A program made the position numbers and the translations under genes. Below the pieces are notes generated by a model that was not told the origin of the DNA, searched no databases, and was given only the letters and a program-made list of their open reading frames with translations. A DNA stretch of 64,000 bases from Raillietiella orientalis. Its lineage: Eukaryota. Position 1 is the stretch's first letter. Each line of letters begins with the position of its first letter. The stretch lies in assembly GCA_036172245.1 (NCBI GenBank), contig JAYWIR010000057.1, forward strand, positions 1 to 64,000. The letters are read 5' to 3'. Shown in pieces: positions 1-15,000 of the stretch.

Positions 1-3000
1 TCACATCCCGACTTCCTCCGAATCCCTTGCTCCACGAGAAGAAATCATAAGAGAACCGAACTGATTTCAAAAAGGGAGGATTGGTCTTGGTCTGGTTTTC
101 ATGGCAACCATTTTTGCAATGCACAGATCAAGTTTTTTTCCCTCCATCTTCCTTTTTCCGGTGCAAATTTGAGGGGTTTGGTGATTTCAAATCATTTTCT
201 ATGATGTCCATTCCATCGATGTGCTCCTTCCTTGCATCGGAACGGATTTCTTCCACTTTGGATGCAAATGCACCTTACTCACATCCCGACTTCCTCCGAA
301 TCCCTTCCTCCAGGAGAAGTAATCATAAGAGAACCTACCGTATTTGAAGAGAAGAGGATTGGTCTTAGTCTGGTTTTCATGGCAACCATTTTTGCAATGC
401 ACAGATCAAGTTTTTTTCCCTCCATCTTACTTTTTTCAGTGCAAATTTGCAGTGTTTGGTGATTTCAAATCATTTTCTATGATGTGGATTCGATCGTTTG
501 GCTCCTTCCGAGCATACTAACGGTTTCCTTCTCCTTTGGATGCAAATGCACCTTTCTCACATCCCGACGTCTTCCGAATCCCTTGCTCCACGAGAAGAAA
601 TCATAGGAGAGCCAACTAATTTCAAAACAGGATTGGTGTTAGTCTGGTTTTCATGGCAACCATTTTTGCAATGCAGAGATCAAGTTTTTCCCTCCATCTT
701 CCTTTTTTCAGTGCAAATTTGCAGTGTTTGGTGATTTCAAATCATTTTCTATGATGTCGATTCCATTGATGCCCTCCTTCCGAGCATCCGAACGGTTTCC
801 GTCCACTTTGGAAGCAAATGCACCTTAATCACATCCCCACTTCATCCGAATCCCTCCCTCAGGAGAAGTAATCATAAGAGAACCGACCGAATTTCAAGAG
901 AAGAGGATTGGTCTTAGTCTGGTTTTCATGGCAACCATTTTTGCAATTCACAGATCACGTTTTTCTCCCTCCATCTTCCTTTTTTCAGTGCAAATTTGCA
1001 GTGCTTGGTGATTTCAAATCATTTTCTATGATGTCGATTCCATCGATGCGCTCCTTCCGAGCAACCGAACGGTTTCCGTCCACTTTGGATGCAAATGCAC
1101 CTTAATCACATCCCCACTTCATCCGAATCCCTTGCTCCACGAGAAGAAATCATAGTAGAATCAACTTAATTTCAAGAGAAGAGGATTGGTGTTAGTCTTG
1201 TTTTCATGGCAACCATTTTTGCAATGCAGTGTTCAAGTTTTTTTCCCTCCATCTTCCTTTTTTCAGTGCAAATTTGCAGTGTTTGGTGATTTCAAATCAT
1301 TTTCTATGATGTCGATTCCATTGATGCCCTCCTTCCGAGCATCCGAACGGTTTCCGTCCACTTTGGATGCAAATGCACCTTAATCACATCCCCACTTCAT
1401 CCGAATCCCTTCCTCCAGGAGAAGAAATCATAAGAGAACCGACCGAATTTCAAGAGAAGAGGATTGGTCTTAGTCTGGTTTTCATGGCAACCATTTTTGC
1501 AATTCACAGATCACGTTTTTTTCCCTCCATCTTCCTTTTTTCAGTGCAAATTTGCAGTGTTTGGTGATTTCAAATCATTTTCTATGATGTCGATTCCATC
1601 GATGCGCTCCTTCCGAGCATCCTAACGGTTTCCGTCCACTTTGGATGCAAATGCACCTTAATCACATCCCCACTTCATCCGAATCCCTCCCTCCAGGAGA
1701 AGTAATCATAAGAGAACCGACCGAATTTCAAGAGAAGAGGATTGGTCTTAGTCTGGTTTTCATGGCAACCATTTTTGCAATTCACAGATCACGTTTTTCT
1801 CCCTCCATCTTCCTTTTTTCAGTGCAAATTTGCAGTGCTTGGTGATTTCAAATCATTTTCTATGATGTCGATTCCATCGATGCCCTCCTTCCGAGTAACC
1901 GAACGGTTTCCGTCCACTTTGGATGCAAATGCACCTTAATCACATCCCCACTTCATCCGAATCCCTTGCTCCACGAGAAGAAATCATAGTAGAATCAACT
2001 TAATTTCAAGAGAAGAGGATTGGTGTTAGTCTTGTTTTCATGGCAACCATTTTTGCAATGCAGTGTTCAAGTTTTTTTCCCTCCATCTTCCTTTTTTCAG
2101 TGCAAATTTGCAGTGTTTGGTGATTTCAAATCATTTTCTATGATGTCGATTCCATTGATGCCCTCCTTCCGAGCATCCGAACGGTTTCCGTCCACTTTGG
2201 AAGCAAATGCACCTTAATCACATCCCCACTTCATCCGAATCCCTCCCTCCAGGAGAAGTAATCATAAGAGAACCGACCGAATTTCAAGAGAAGAGGATTG
2301 GTCTTAGTCTGGTTTTCATGGCAACCATTTTTGCAATTCACAGATCACGTTTTTCTCCCTCCATCTTCCTTTTTTCAGTGCAAATTTGCAGTGCTTGGTG
2401 ATTTCAAATCATTTTCTATGATGTCGATTCCATTGATGCCCTCCTTCCGAGCATCCGAACGGTTTCCGTCCACTTTGGATGCAAATGCACCTTAATCACA
2501 TCCCCACTTCATCCGAATCCCTTCCTCCAGGAGAAGTAATCATAAGAGAACCTACCGTATTTGAAGAGAAGAGGATTGGTCCTAGTCTGGTTTTCATGGA
2601 AACCATTTTTGCAATTCACAGATCACGTTTTTTTCCCTCCATCTGACTTTTTTCAGTGCAAATTTGCAGTGTTTGGTGATTTCAAATCATTTTCTATGAT
2701 GTCGATTCCATCGATGCGCTCCTTCCGAGCATGCTAACGGTTTGCGTCCACTTTGGATGCAAATGCACCTTTCTCACATCCTGACTTCTTCCGAATCCCT
2801 TGCTCCACGAGAAGAAATCATAGTAGAATCAACTTAATTTCAAGAGAAGAGGATTGGTGTTAGTCTTGTTTTCATGGCAACCATTTTTGGAATGCAGAGA
2901 TCAAGTTTTTTTCCCTCCATCTTCCTTTTTTCAGTGCAGATTTGCAGTGTTTGGTGATTTCAAATCATTTTCTATGATGTCGATTCCATCGATGCGCTCC

Positions 3001-6000
3001 TTCCGAGCATCCGAACAATTTCCGTCCACTTTGGATGCAAATGCACCTTAATCACATCCCCACTTCATCCGAATCCCTTCCTCCAGGAGAAGTAATCATA
3101 AGAGAACCGACCGAATTTCAAGAGAAGAGGATTGGTCTTAGTCTGGTTTTCATGGCAACCATTTTTGCAATTCACAGATCACGTTTTTTTCCCTCCATCT
3201 GACTTTTTTCAGTGCAAATTTGCAGTGTTTGGTGATTTCAAATCATTTTCTATGATGTCGATTCCATCGATGCGCTCCTTCCGAGCATCCTAACGGTTTC
3301 CGTCCACTTTGGATGCAAATGCACCTTAATCACATCCCCACTTCATCCGAATCCCTTCCTCCAGGAGAAGAAATCATAAGAGAACCGACCGAATTTCAAG
3401 AGAAGAGGATTGGTCTTAGTCTGGTTTTCATGGCAACCATTTTTGCAATTCACAGATCACGTTTTTTTCCCTCCATCTGACTTTTTTCAGTGCAAATTTG
3501 CAGTGTTTGGTGATTTCAAATCATTTTCTATGATGTCGATTCCATCGATGCGCTCCTTCCGAGCATCCTAACGGTTTCCGTCCACTTTGGATGCAAATGC
3601 ACCTTAATCACATCCCCACTTCATCCGAATCCCTTCCTCCAGGAGAAGTAATCATAAGAGAACCGACCGAATTTCAAGAGAAGAGGATTGGTCTTAGTCT
3701 GGTTTTCATGGCAACCATTTTTGCAATTCACAGATCACGTTTTTCTCCCTCCATCTTCCTTTTTTCAGTGCAAATTTGCAGTGCTTGGTGATTTCAAATC
3801 ATTTTCTATGATGTCGATTCCATTGATGCCCTCCTTCCGAGCATCCGAACGGTTTCCGTCCACTTTGGATGCAAATGCACCTTAATCACATCCCCACTTC
3901 ATCCGAATCCCTTCCTCCAGGAGAAGTAATCATAAGAGAACCTACCGTATTTGAAGAGAAGAGGATTGGTCCTAGTCTGGTTTTCATGGAAACCATTTTT
4001 GCAATTCACAGATCACGTTTTTTTCCCTCCATCTGACTTTTTTCAGTGCAAATTTGCAGTGTTTGGTGATTTCAAATCATTTTCTATGATGTCGATTCCA
4101 TTGATGCCCTCCTTCCGAGCATCCGAACGGTTTCCGTCCACTTTGGATGCAAATGCACCTTAATCACATCCCCACTTCATCCGAATCCCTTCCTCCAGGA
4201 GAAGTAATCATAAGAGAACCTACCGTATTTGAAGAGAAGAGGATTGGTCCTAGTCTGGTTTTCATGGAAACCATTTTTGCAATTCACAGATCACGTTTTT
4301 TTCCATGCACCTTGCTTTTTTCAGTGCAAATTTGCAGTGTTTGGTGATTTCAAATCATTTTCTATGATGTCGATTCCATCGATGCGCTCCTTCCGAGCAT
4401 GCTAACGGTTTGCGTCCACTTTGGATGCAAATGCACCTTTCTCACATCCTGACTTCTTCCGAATCCCTTGCTCCACGAGAAGAAATCATAGTAGAATCAA
4501 CTTAATTTCAAGAGAACAGGATTGGTGTTAGTCTTGTTTTCATGGCAACCATTTTTGGAATGCAGAGATCAAGTTTTTTTCCCTCCATCTTCCTTTTTTC
4601 AGTGCAAATTTGCAGTGTTTGGTGATTTCAAATCATTTTCTATGATGTCGATTCCATTGATGCCCTCCTTCCGAGCATCCGAACGGTTTCCGTCCACTTT
4701 GGAAGCAAATGCACCTTAATCACATCCCCACTTCATCCGAATCCCTCCCTCCAGGAGAAGTAATCATAAGAGAACCGACCGAATTTCAAGAGAAGAGGAT
4801 TGGTCTTAGTCTGGTTTTCATGGCAACCATTTTTGCAATTCACAGATCACGTTTTTCTCCCTCCATCTTCCTTTTTTCAGTGCAAATTTGCAGTGCTTGG
4901 TGATTTCAAATCATTTTCTATGATGTCGATTCCATTGATGCCCTCCTTCCGAGCATCCGAACGGTTTCCGTCCACTTTGGATGCAAATGCACCTTAATCA
5001 CATCCCCACTTCATCCGAATCCCTTCCTCCAGGAGAAGTAATCATAAGAGAACCTACCGTATTTGAAGAGAAGAGGATTGGTCCTAGTCTGGTTTTCATG
5101 GAAACCATTTTTGCAATTCACAGATCACGTTTTTTTCCCTCCATCTGACTTTTTTCAGTGCAAATTTGCAGTGTTTGGTGATTTCAAATCATTTTCTATG
5201 ATGTCGATTCCATCGATGCGCTCCTTCCGAGCATGCTAACGGTTTGCGTCCACTTTGGATGCAAATGCACCTTTCTCACATCCTGACTTCTTCCGAATCC
5301 CTTGCTCCACGAGAAGAAATCATAGTAGAATCAACTTAATTTCAAGAGAACAGGATTGGTGTTAGTCTTGTTTTCATGGCAACCATTTTTGGAATGCAGA
5401 GATCAAGTTTTTTTCCCTCCATCTTCCTTTTTTCAGTGCAAATTTGCAGTGTTTGGTGATTTCAAATCATTTTCTATGATGTCGATTCCATAGATGCGCT
5501 CCTTCCGAGCATCCGAACGGTTTCCGTCCACTTTGGATGCAAATGCACCTTAATCACATCCCCACTTCATCCGAATCCCTTGCTCCACGAGAAGAAATCA
5601 TAGTAGAATCAACTTAATTTCAAGAGAAGAGGATTGGTGTTAGTCTTGTTTTCATGGCAACCATTTTTGCAATGCAGAGATCAAGTTTTTTTCCCTCCAT
5701 CTTCCTTTTTTCAGTGCAAATTTGCAGTGTTTGGTGATTTCAAATCATTTTCTATGATGTCGATTCCATTGATGCCCTCCTTCCGAGCATCCGAACGGTT
5801 TCCGTCCACTTTGGAAGCAAATGCACCTTAATCACATCCCCACTTCATCCGAATCCCTCCCTCCAGGAGAAGTAATCATAAGAGAACCGACCGAATTTCA
5901 AGAGAAGAGGATTGGTCTTAGTCTGGTTTTCATGGCAACCATTTTTGCAATTCACAGATCACGTTTTTCTCCCTCCATCTGACTTTTTTCAGTGCAAATT

Positions 6001-9000
6001 TGCAGTGTTTAGTGATTTCAAATCATTTTCTATGATGTCGATTCCATCGATGCGCTCCTTCCGAGCATCCTAACGGTTTCCGTCCACTTTGGATGCAAAT
6101 GCACCTTAATCACATCCCCACTTCATCCGAATCCCTTCCTCCAGGAGAAGAAATCATAAGAGAACCGACCTAATTTCAAGAGGGGAGGATTGGTCTTAGT
6201 CTGGTTTTCATGGCAACCATTTTTGCAATTCACAGATCACGTTTTTTTCCCTCCATCTGACTTTTTTCAGTGCAAATTTGCAGTGTTTGGTGATTTCAAA
6301 TCATTTTCTATGATGTCGATTCCATCGATGCGCTCCTTCCGAGCATCCGAACGGTTTCCGTCCACTTTGGATGCAAATGCACCTTAATCACATCCCCACT
6401 TCATCCGAATTCCTTCCTCCAGGAGAAGAAATCATAAGAGAACCGACCGAATTTCAAGAGAAGAGGATTGGTGTTAGTCTGGTTTTCATGTAAACCATTT
6501 TTGCAATTCACAGATCACGTTTTTTTCCCTCCATCTGACTTTTTTCAGTGCAAATTTGCAGTGTTTGGTGATTTCAAATCATTTTCTATGATGTCGATTC
6601 CATCGATGCGCTCCTTCCGAGCATGCTAACGGTTTGCGTCCACTTTGGATGCAAATGCACCTTTCTCACATCCTGACTTCTTCCGAATCCCTTGCTCCAC
6701 GAGAAGAAATCATAGTAGAATCAACTTAATTTCAAGAGAACAGGATTGGTGTTAGTCTTGTTTTCATGGCAACCATTTTTGGAATGCAGAGATCAAGTTT
6801 TTTTCCCTCCATCTTCCTTTTTTCAGTGCAAATTTGCAGTGTTTGGTGATTTCAAATCATTTTCTATGATGTCGATTCCATAGATGCGCTCCTTCCGAGC
6901 ATCCGAACGGTTTCCGTCCACTTTGGATGCAAATGCACCTTAATCACATCCCCACTTCATCCGAATCCCTTGCTCCACGAGAAGAAATCATAGTAGAATC
7001 AACTTAATTTCAAGAGAACAGGATTGGTGTTAGTCTTGTTTTCATGGCAACCATTTTTGGAATGCAGAGATCAAGTTTTTTTCCCTCCATCTTCCTTTTT
7101 TCAGTGCAAATTTGCAGTGTTTGGTGATTTCAAATCATTTTCTATGATGTCGATTCCATCGATGCTCTCCTTCCGAGCATCCGAACGGTTTCCGTCCACT
7201 TTGGATGCAAATGCACCTTAATCACATCCGCACTTCATCCGAATCCCTTCCTCCACGAGAAGAAATCATAAGAGAACCGACCTAATTTCAAGAAGGGAGG
7301 ATTGGTGTTAGTCTTGTTTTCATGGCAACCATTTTTGCAATGCAGTGTTCAAGTTTTTTTCCCTCCATCTTCCTTTTTTCAGTGCAAATTTGCAGTGTTT
7401 GGTGATTTCAAATCATTTTCTATGATGTCGATTCCATCGATGCGCTCCTTCCGAGCATCCGAACGCTTTCCGTCCCCTTTGGATGCAAATGCACCTTAAT
7501 CACATCCGCACTTCATCCGAATCCCTTCCTCCACGAGAAGAAATCATAAGAGAACCGACCTAATTTCAAGAAGGGAGGATTGGTGTTAGTCTTGTTTTCA
7601 TGGCAACCATTTTTGCAATGCAGTGTTCAAGTTTTTTTCCCTCCATCTTCCTTTTTTCAGTGCAAATTTGCAGTGTTTAGTGATTTCAAATCATTTTCTA
7701 TGATGTCGATTCCATCGATGCGCTCCTTCCGAGCATCCGAACGGTTTCCGTCCACTTTGGATGCAAATGCACCTTAATCACATCCCCACTTCATCCGAAT
7801 CCCTTCCTCCAGGAGAAGTAATCATAAGAGAACCGACCTAATTTCAAGAAGGGAGGATTGGTGTTAGTCTTGTTTTCATAGCAACCATTTTTGCAATGCA
7901 GTGTTCAAGTTTTTTTCCCTCCATCTTCCTTTTTTCAGTGCAAATTTGCAGTGTTTGGTGATTTCAAATCATTTTCTATGATGTCGATTCCATCGATGCG
8001 CTCCTTCCGAGCATGCTAACGGTTTGCGTCCACTTTGGATGCAAATGCACCTTTCTCATCCTGACTTCTTCCGAATCCCTTGCTCCACGAGAAGAAATCA
8101 TAGTAGAATCAACTTAATTTCAAGAGAACAGGATTGGTGTTAGTCTTGTTTTCATGGCAACCATTTTTGGAATGCAGAGATCAAGTTTTTTTCCCTCCAT
8201 CTTCCTTTTTTCAGTGCAAATTTGCAGTGTTTGGTGATTTCAAATCATTTTCTATGATGTCGATTCCATCGATGCTCTCCTTCCGAGCATCCGAACGGTT
8301 TCCGTCCACTTTGGATGCAAATGCACCTTAATCACATCCCCACTTCATCCGAATCCCTTCCTCCACGAGAAGAAATCATAAGAGAACCGACCTAATTTCA
8401 AGAGGGGAGGATTGGTCTTAGTCTGGTTTTCATGGCAACCATTTTTGCAATGCAGAGTTCAAGTTTTTTTCCCTCCATCTTCCTTTTTTCAGTGCAAATT
8501 TGCAGTGTTTGGTGATTTCAAATCATTTTCTATGATGTCGATTCCATCGATGCGCTCCTTCCGAGCATCCGAACGCTTTCCGTCCCCTTTGGATGCAAAT
8601 GCACCTTAATCACATCCGCACTTCATCCGAATCCCTTCCTCCACGAGAAGAAATCATAAGAGAACCGACCTAATTTCAAGAAGGGAGGATTGGTCTTAGT
8701 CTGGTTTTCATGGCAACCATTTTTGCAATTCACAGATCACAAGTTTTTTTCCCTCCATCTGACTTTTTTCAGTGCAAATTTGCAGTGTTTGGTGATTTCA
8801 AATCATTTTCTATGATGTCGATTCCATCGATGCGCTCCTTCCGAGCATCCTAACGGTTTCCGTCCACTTTGGATGCAAATGCACCTTAATCACATCCCCA
8901 CTTCATCCGAATCCCTTCCTCCAGGAGAAGAAATCATAAGAGAACCGACCGAATTTCAAGAGAAGAGGATTGGTCTTAGTCTGGTTTTCATGGCAACCAT

Positions 9001-12000
9001 TTTTGCAATTCACAGATCACGTTTTTTTCCCTCCATCTTACTTTTTTCAGTGCAAATTTGCAGTGTTTGGTGATTTCAAATCATTTTCTATGATGTCGAT
9101 TCCTTCGATGCGCTCCTTCCGAGCATCCGAACGGATTCCTTCCCCTTTGGATGCAAATACACCTTTATCACATCCTGACTTCTTCCGAATCCCTTGCTCC
9201 ACGAGAAGAAATCATAGTAGAATCAACCTAATTTCAAGAGAAGAGGATTGGTGTTAGTCTTGTTTTCATGGCAACCATTTTTGAAATGCAGAGATCAAGT
9301 TTTTTTCCCTCCACCTTCCTTTTTTCAGTGCAAATTTGCAGTGTTTGGTGATTTCAAATCATTTTCTATGATGTCGATTCCATCGATGCCCTCCTTCCGA
9401 GCATCCGAACGGTTTGCGTCCACTTTGGATGCAAATGCACCTTTCTCACATCCTGACTTCTTCCGAATCCCTTGCTCCACGAGAAGAAATCATAGTAGAA
9501 TCAACTTAATTTCAATAGAACAGGATTGGTGTTAGTCTTGTTTTCATGGCAACCATTTTTGAAATGCAGAGATCAAGTTTTTTTCCCTCCACCTTCCTTT
9601 TTTCAGTGCAAATTTGCCGTGTTTGGTGATTTCAAATCATTTTCTATGATGTCGATTCCATTGATGCCCTCCTCCCGAGCATCCGAACGGTTTCCGTCCA
9701 CTTTGGATGCAAATGCACCTTAATCACATCCCCACTTCATGCGAATCCCTTCCTCCAGGAGAAGAAATCATAAGAGAACCGACCGAATTTCAAGAGAAGA
9801 GGATTGGTCATAGTCTGGTTTTCATGGCTACCATTTTTGCAATTCACAGATCACGTTTTTTGCCCTCCATCTCACTTTTTTCAGTGCAAATTTGCAGTGT
9901 TTGGAGATTTCAAATCATTTTCTATGATGTCGATTCCTTCGATGCGCTCCTTCCGAGCATCCGAACGGATTCCTTCCCCTTTGGATGCAAATACACCTTT
10001 ATCACATCCGGACTTCTTCCGAATCCCTTGCTGCACGAGAAGAAATCATAGTAGAATCAACCTAATTTCAAGAGAAGAGGATTGGTGTTAGTCTTGTTTT
10101 CATGGCAACCATTTTTGGAATGCAGAGATCAAGTTTTTTTCCCTCCATCTTCCTTTTTTCAGTGCAAATTTGCAGTGTTTGGTGATTTCAAATCATTTTC
10201 TATGATGTCGATTCCATTGATGCCCTCCTTCCGAGCATCCGAACGGTTTCCGTCCACTTTGGATGCAAATGCACCTTAATCACATCCCCACTTCATCCGA
10301 ATCCCTTCCTCCAGGAGAAGAAATCATAAGAGAACCGACCGAATTTCAAGAGAAGAGGATTGGTGTTAGTCTTGTTTTCATGGCAACCATTTTTGGAATG
10401 CAGAGATCAAGTTTTTTTCCCTCCATCTTCCTTTTTTCAGTGCAAATTTGCAGTGTTTGGTGATTTCAAATCATTTTCTATGATGTCGATTCCATCGATG
10501 CCCTCCTTCCGAGCATCCGAACGGTTTCCGTCCACTTTGGATGCAAATGCACCTTAATCACATCCCCACTTCATCCGAATCCCTCCCTCCAGGAGAAGTA
10601 ATCATAAGAGAACCGACCGAATTTCAAGATCGGAGGATTGCTCTTATTCTGGTTATCATTGCAACCATTTTTGCAATTCAAAGATCAAGTTTTTTTTTCT
10701 CCATCTTCCTTTTTTCAGTGCAAATTTGCAGTGCTTGGTGATTTCAAATCATTTTCTATGATGTCGAATCCATCGATGCGCTCCTTCCGAGCATCCGAAC
10801 GGTTTCCGTCCACTTTGGATGCAAATGCACCTTAATCACATCCCCACTTCATCCGAATCCCTTCCTCCAGGAGAAGAAATCATAAGAGAACCGACCTAAT
10901 TTCAAGAAGGGAGGATTGGTCTTAGTCTGGTTTTCATGGCAACCATTTTTGCAATTCACAGATCACGTTTTTTGCCCTCCATCTCACTTTTTTCAGTGCA
11001 AATTTGCAGTGTTTGGAGATTTCAAATCATTTTCTATGATGTCGATTCCTTCGATGCGCTCCTTCCGAGCATCCGAACGGATTCCTTCCCCTTTGGATGC
11101 AAATACACCTTTATCACATCCTGACTTCTTCCGAATCCCTTGCTCCACGAGAAGAAATCATAGTAGAATCAACCTAATTTCAAGAGAAGAGGATTGGTGT
11201 TAGTCTTGTTTTCATGGCAACCATTTTTGGAATGCAGAGATCAAGTTTTTTTCCCTCCATCTTCCTTTTTTCAGTGCAAATTTGCAGTGTTTGGTGATTT
11301 CAAATCATTTTCTATGATGTCGATTCCATTGATGCCCTCCTTCCGAGCATCCGAACGGTTTCCGTCCACTTTGGATGCAAATGCACCTTAATCACATCCC
11401 CACTTCATCCGAATCCCTCCCTCCAGGAGAAGTAATCATAAGAGAACCGACCGAATTTCAAGATCGGAGGATTGCTCTTATTCTGGTTATCATTGCAACC
11501 ATTTTTGCAATTCAAAGATCAAGTTTTTTTTTCTCCATCTTCCTTTTTTCAGTGCAAATTTGCAGTGTTTGGTGATTTCAAATCATTTTCTATGATGTCG
11601 ATTCCATCGATGCGCTCCTTCCGAGCATCCGAACGGTTTCCGTCCACTTTGGATGCAAATGCACCTTAATCACATCCCCACTTCATCCGAATCCCTTCCT
11701 CCACGAGAAGAAATCATAAGAGAACCGACCTAATTTCAAGAAGGGAGGATTGGTCTTAGTCTGGTTTTCATGGCAACCATTTTTGCAATTCACAGATCAA
11801 GTTTTTTTCCCTCCACCTTCCTTTTTTCAGTGAAAATTTGCAGTGTTTGGTGATTTCAAATCATTTTCTATGATGTCGATTCATTCGATGCGCTCCTTCC
11901 GAGCATCCGAACGGATTCCGTCCCCTTTGGATGCAAATGCACCTTAATCACATTTCCACTTCATCCGAATCCCTTCCTCCAGGAGAAGAAATCATAAGAG

Positions 12001-15000
12001 AACCGACCGAATTTCAAGAGAAGAGGATTGGTCTTAGTCTGGTTTTCATGGCAACCATTTTTGCAATTCACAGATCACGCTTTTTTCCCTCCATCTGACT
12101 TTTTTCAGTGCAAATTTGCAGTGTTTTTGATTTCAAATCATTTTCTATGATGTCGATTCCTTAGATGCGCTCCTTCCGAGCATCCGAACGGATTCCTTCC
12201 CCTTTGGATGCAAATACACCTTTATCACATCCGGACTTCTTCCGAATCCCTTGCTCCACGAGAAGAAATAGTAGAATCAACCTAATTTCAAGAGAAGAGG
12301 ATTGGTCTTAGTCTGGTTTTCATGGCAACCATTTTTGCAATTCACAGATGACGTTTTTTTCCCTCCATCTGACTTTTTTCAGTGCAAATTTGCAGTGTTT
12401 GGTGATTTCAAATCATTTTCTATGATGTCGATTCCATCGATGCGCTCCTTCCGAGCATCCGAACGGTTTCCGTCCACTTTGGATGCAAATGCACCTTAAT
12501 CACATCCCCACTTCATCCGAATCCCTTCCTCCACGAGAAGAAATCATAAGAGAACCGACCTAATTTCAAGAAGGGAGGATTGGTCTTAGTCTGGTTTTCA
12601 TGGCAACCATTTTTGCAATTCACAGATCACGTTTTTTTCTCTCCATCTGACTTTTTTCAGTGCAAATTTGCAGTGCTTGGTGATTTCAAATCATTTTCTA
12701 TGATGTCGATTCCATCGATGCCCTCCTTCCGAGCATCCGAACGGTTTCCGTCCACTTTGGATGCAAATGCACCTTAATCACATCCCCACTTCATCCGAAT
12801 CCCTTCCTCCACGAGAAGAAATCATAAGAGAACCGACCTAATTTCAAGAAGGGAGGATTGGTCTTAGTCTGGTTTTCATGGCAACCATTTTTGCAATTCA
12901 CAGATCACGTTTTTTTCCCTCCATCTGACTTTTTTCAGTGCAAATTTGCAGTGCTTGGTGATTTCAAATCATTTTCTATGATGTCGATTCCATCGATGCG
13001 CTCCTTCCGAGCATCCGAACGGTTTCCGTCCACTTTGGATGCAAATGCACCTTAATCACATCCCCACTTCATCCGAATCCCTTCCTCCACGAGAAGAAAT
13101 CATAAGAGAACCGACCTAATTTCAAGAAGGGAGGATTGGTCTTAGTCTGGTTTTCATGGCAACCATTTTTGCAATTCACAGATCAAGTTTTTTTCCCTCC
13201 ATCTTACTTTTTTCAGTGCAAATTTGCAGTGTTTGGTGATTTCAAATCATTTTCTATGATGTCGATTCCATCGATGCGCTCCTTCCGAGCATCCGAACGG
13301 TTTCCGTCCACTTTGGATGCAAATGCACCTTAATCACATCCCCACTTCATCCGAATCCCTTCCTCCACGTGAAGAAATCATAAGAGAACCGACCTAATTT
13401 CAAAAGGGCAGGATTGGTCTTAGTCTGGTTTTCATGGCAACCATTTTTGCAATTGAAAGATCGAGATTTTTCCCTCCATCTTCCTTTTTTCAGTGCAAAT
13501 TTGCAGTGTTTGGTGATTTCAAATCATTTTCTATGATGTCGATTCCTTCGATGCGCTCCTTCCGAGCATCCGAACGGTTTCCGTCCCCTTTGGATGCAAA
13601 TGCACCTTAATCACATCCCCACTTCATCCGAATCCTTTCCTCCAGGAGAAGAAATCATAAGAGAACCGACCTTATTTCAAGAGGGGAAGAATGGTCTTAG
13701 TCCGGTTTTCATGGCAACCATTTTTGCAATGCGGAATTCAAGTATATTTCCCTCCACCTTCCTTTTTTCAGTACAAATTTGCAATGTTTAGTGATTTCAA
13801 ATCATTTTCTATGATGTCGATTCCATCGATGCGCTCCTTCCTAGCATCCGAACGGTTTCCGTCCCCTTTGGATGCAAATGCACCTTAATCACATCCCCAC
13901 TTCATCCGAATCCCTTCCTCCACGAGAAGAAATCATAAGAGAACCGACCTTATTTTAAAAAGGGAGGATTAGTCTTAGTCTGGTTTATAAGGCAACCATT
14001 TTTGCAATTCAAAGATCAAGTTTTTTTTTCTCCATCTTCCTTTTTTCAGTGCAAATTTGCAGTGCTTGGTGATTTCAAATCATTTTCTATGATGTCGAAT
14101 CCATCGATGCGCAACTTTTGAGCATCCCAACGGATTCCTTCCCCTTTGGAAGCAAATGCACCTTAATCACATCCGCACTTCATCCGAATCCCTCCCTCCA
14201 GGAGAAGTAATCATAAGAGAACCGACCGAATTTCAAGAGAAGAGGATTGGTCTTAGTATGGTTTTCATGGCAACCATTTTTGCAATTCACAGATCACGTT
14301 TTTCTCCCTCCATCTGACTTTTTTCAGTGCAAATTTGCAGTGCTTGGTGATTTAAATTATTTTCTATGATGTCGATTCTATTGATGCCCTCCTTCCGAGC
14401 ATCCGAACAGTTTCCGTCCACTATGGATGCAAATGCACCTTAATCACATCCCCACTTCATCCGAATCCCTTCCTCCACGAGAAGAAATCATAAGAGAACC
14501 GACCTAATTTCAAGAAGGGAGGATTGGTCTTAGTCTGGTTTTCATCGCAACCATTTTTGCAATTCACAGATCACGTTTTTTGCCCTCCATCTGACTTTTT
14601 TCAGTGCAAATTTGCAGTGCTTGGTGATTTAAATTATTTTCTATGATGTCGATTCCATTGATGCCCTCCTTCCGAGCATCCGAACAGTTTCCGTCCACTT
14701 TGGATGCAAATGCACCTTAATCACATCCCCACTTCATCCGAATCCCTTCCTCCACGAGAAGAAATCATAAGAGAACCGACCTAATTTCAAGAGGGGAGGA
14801 TTGGTCTTAGTCTGGTTTTCATGGCAACCATTTTTGCAATGCACACATCAAGTTTTTTTCCCTCCATCTTACTTTTTTCAGTGCAAATTTGCAGTGTTTG
14901 GTGATTTCAAATCATTTTCTATGATGTCGATTCCATTGATGCCCTCCTTCCGAGCATCCGAACAGTTTCCGTCCACTTTGGATGCAAATGCACCTTAATC

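Noticed and set aside
930..1110. Possible internal 2x139-bp substructure of the monomer
   Set aside because: Only short similarities (tgcaa.t.cac..atcac, atccgaa) at inconsistent offsets; not supportable by eye.
1331..1350. CENP-B box candidate (minus strand TTCGGATGCTCGGA)
   Set aside because: Spacing and key bases do not fit TTCGNNNNANNCGGG.
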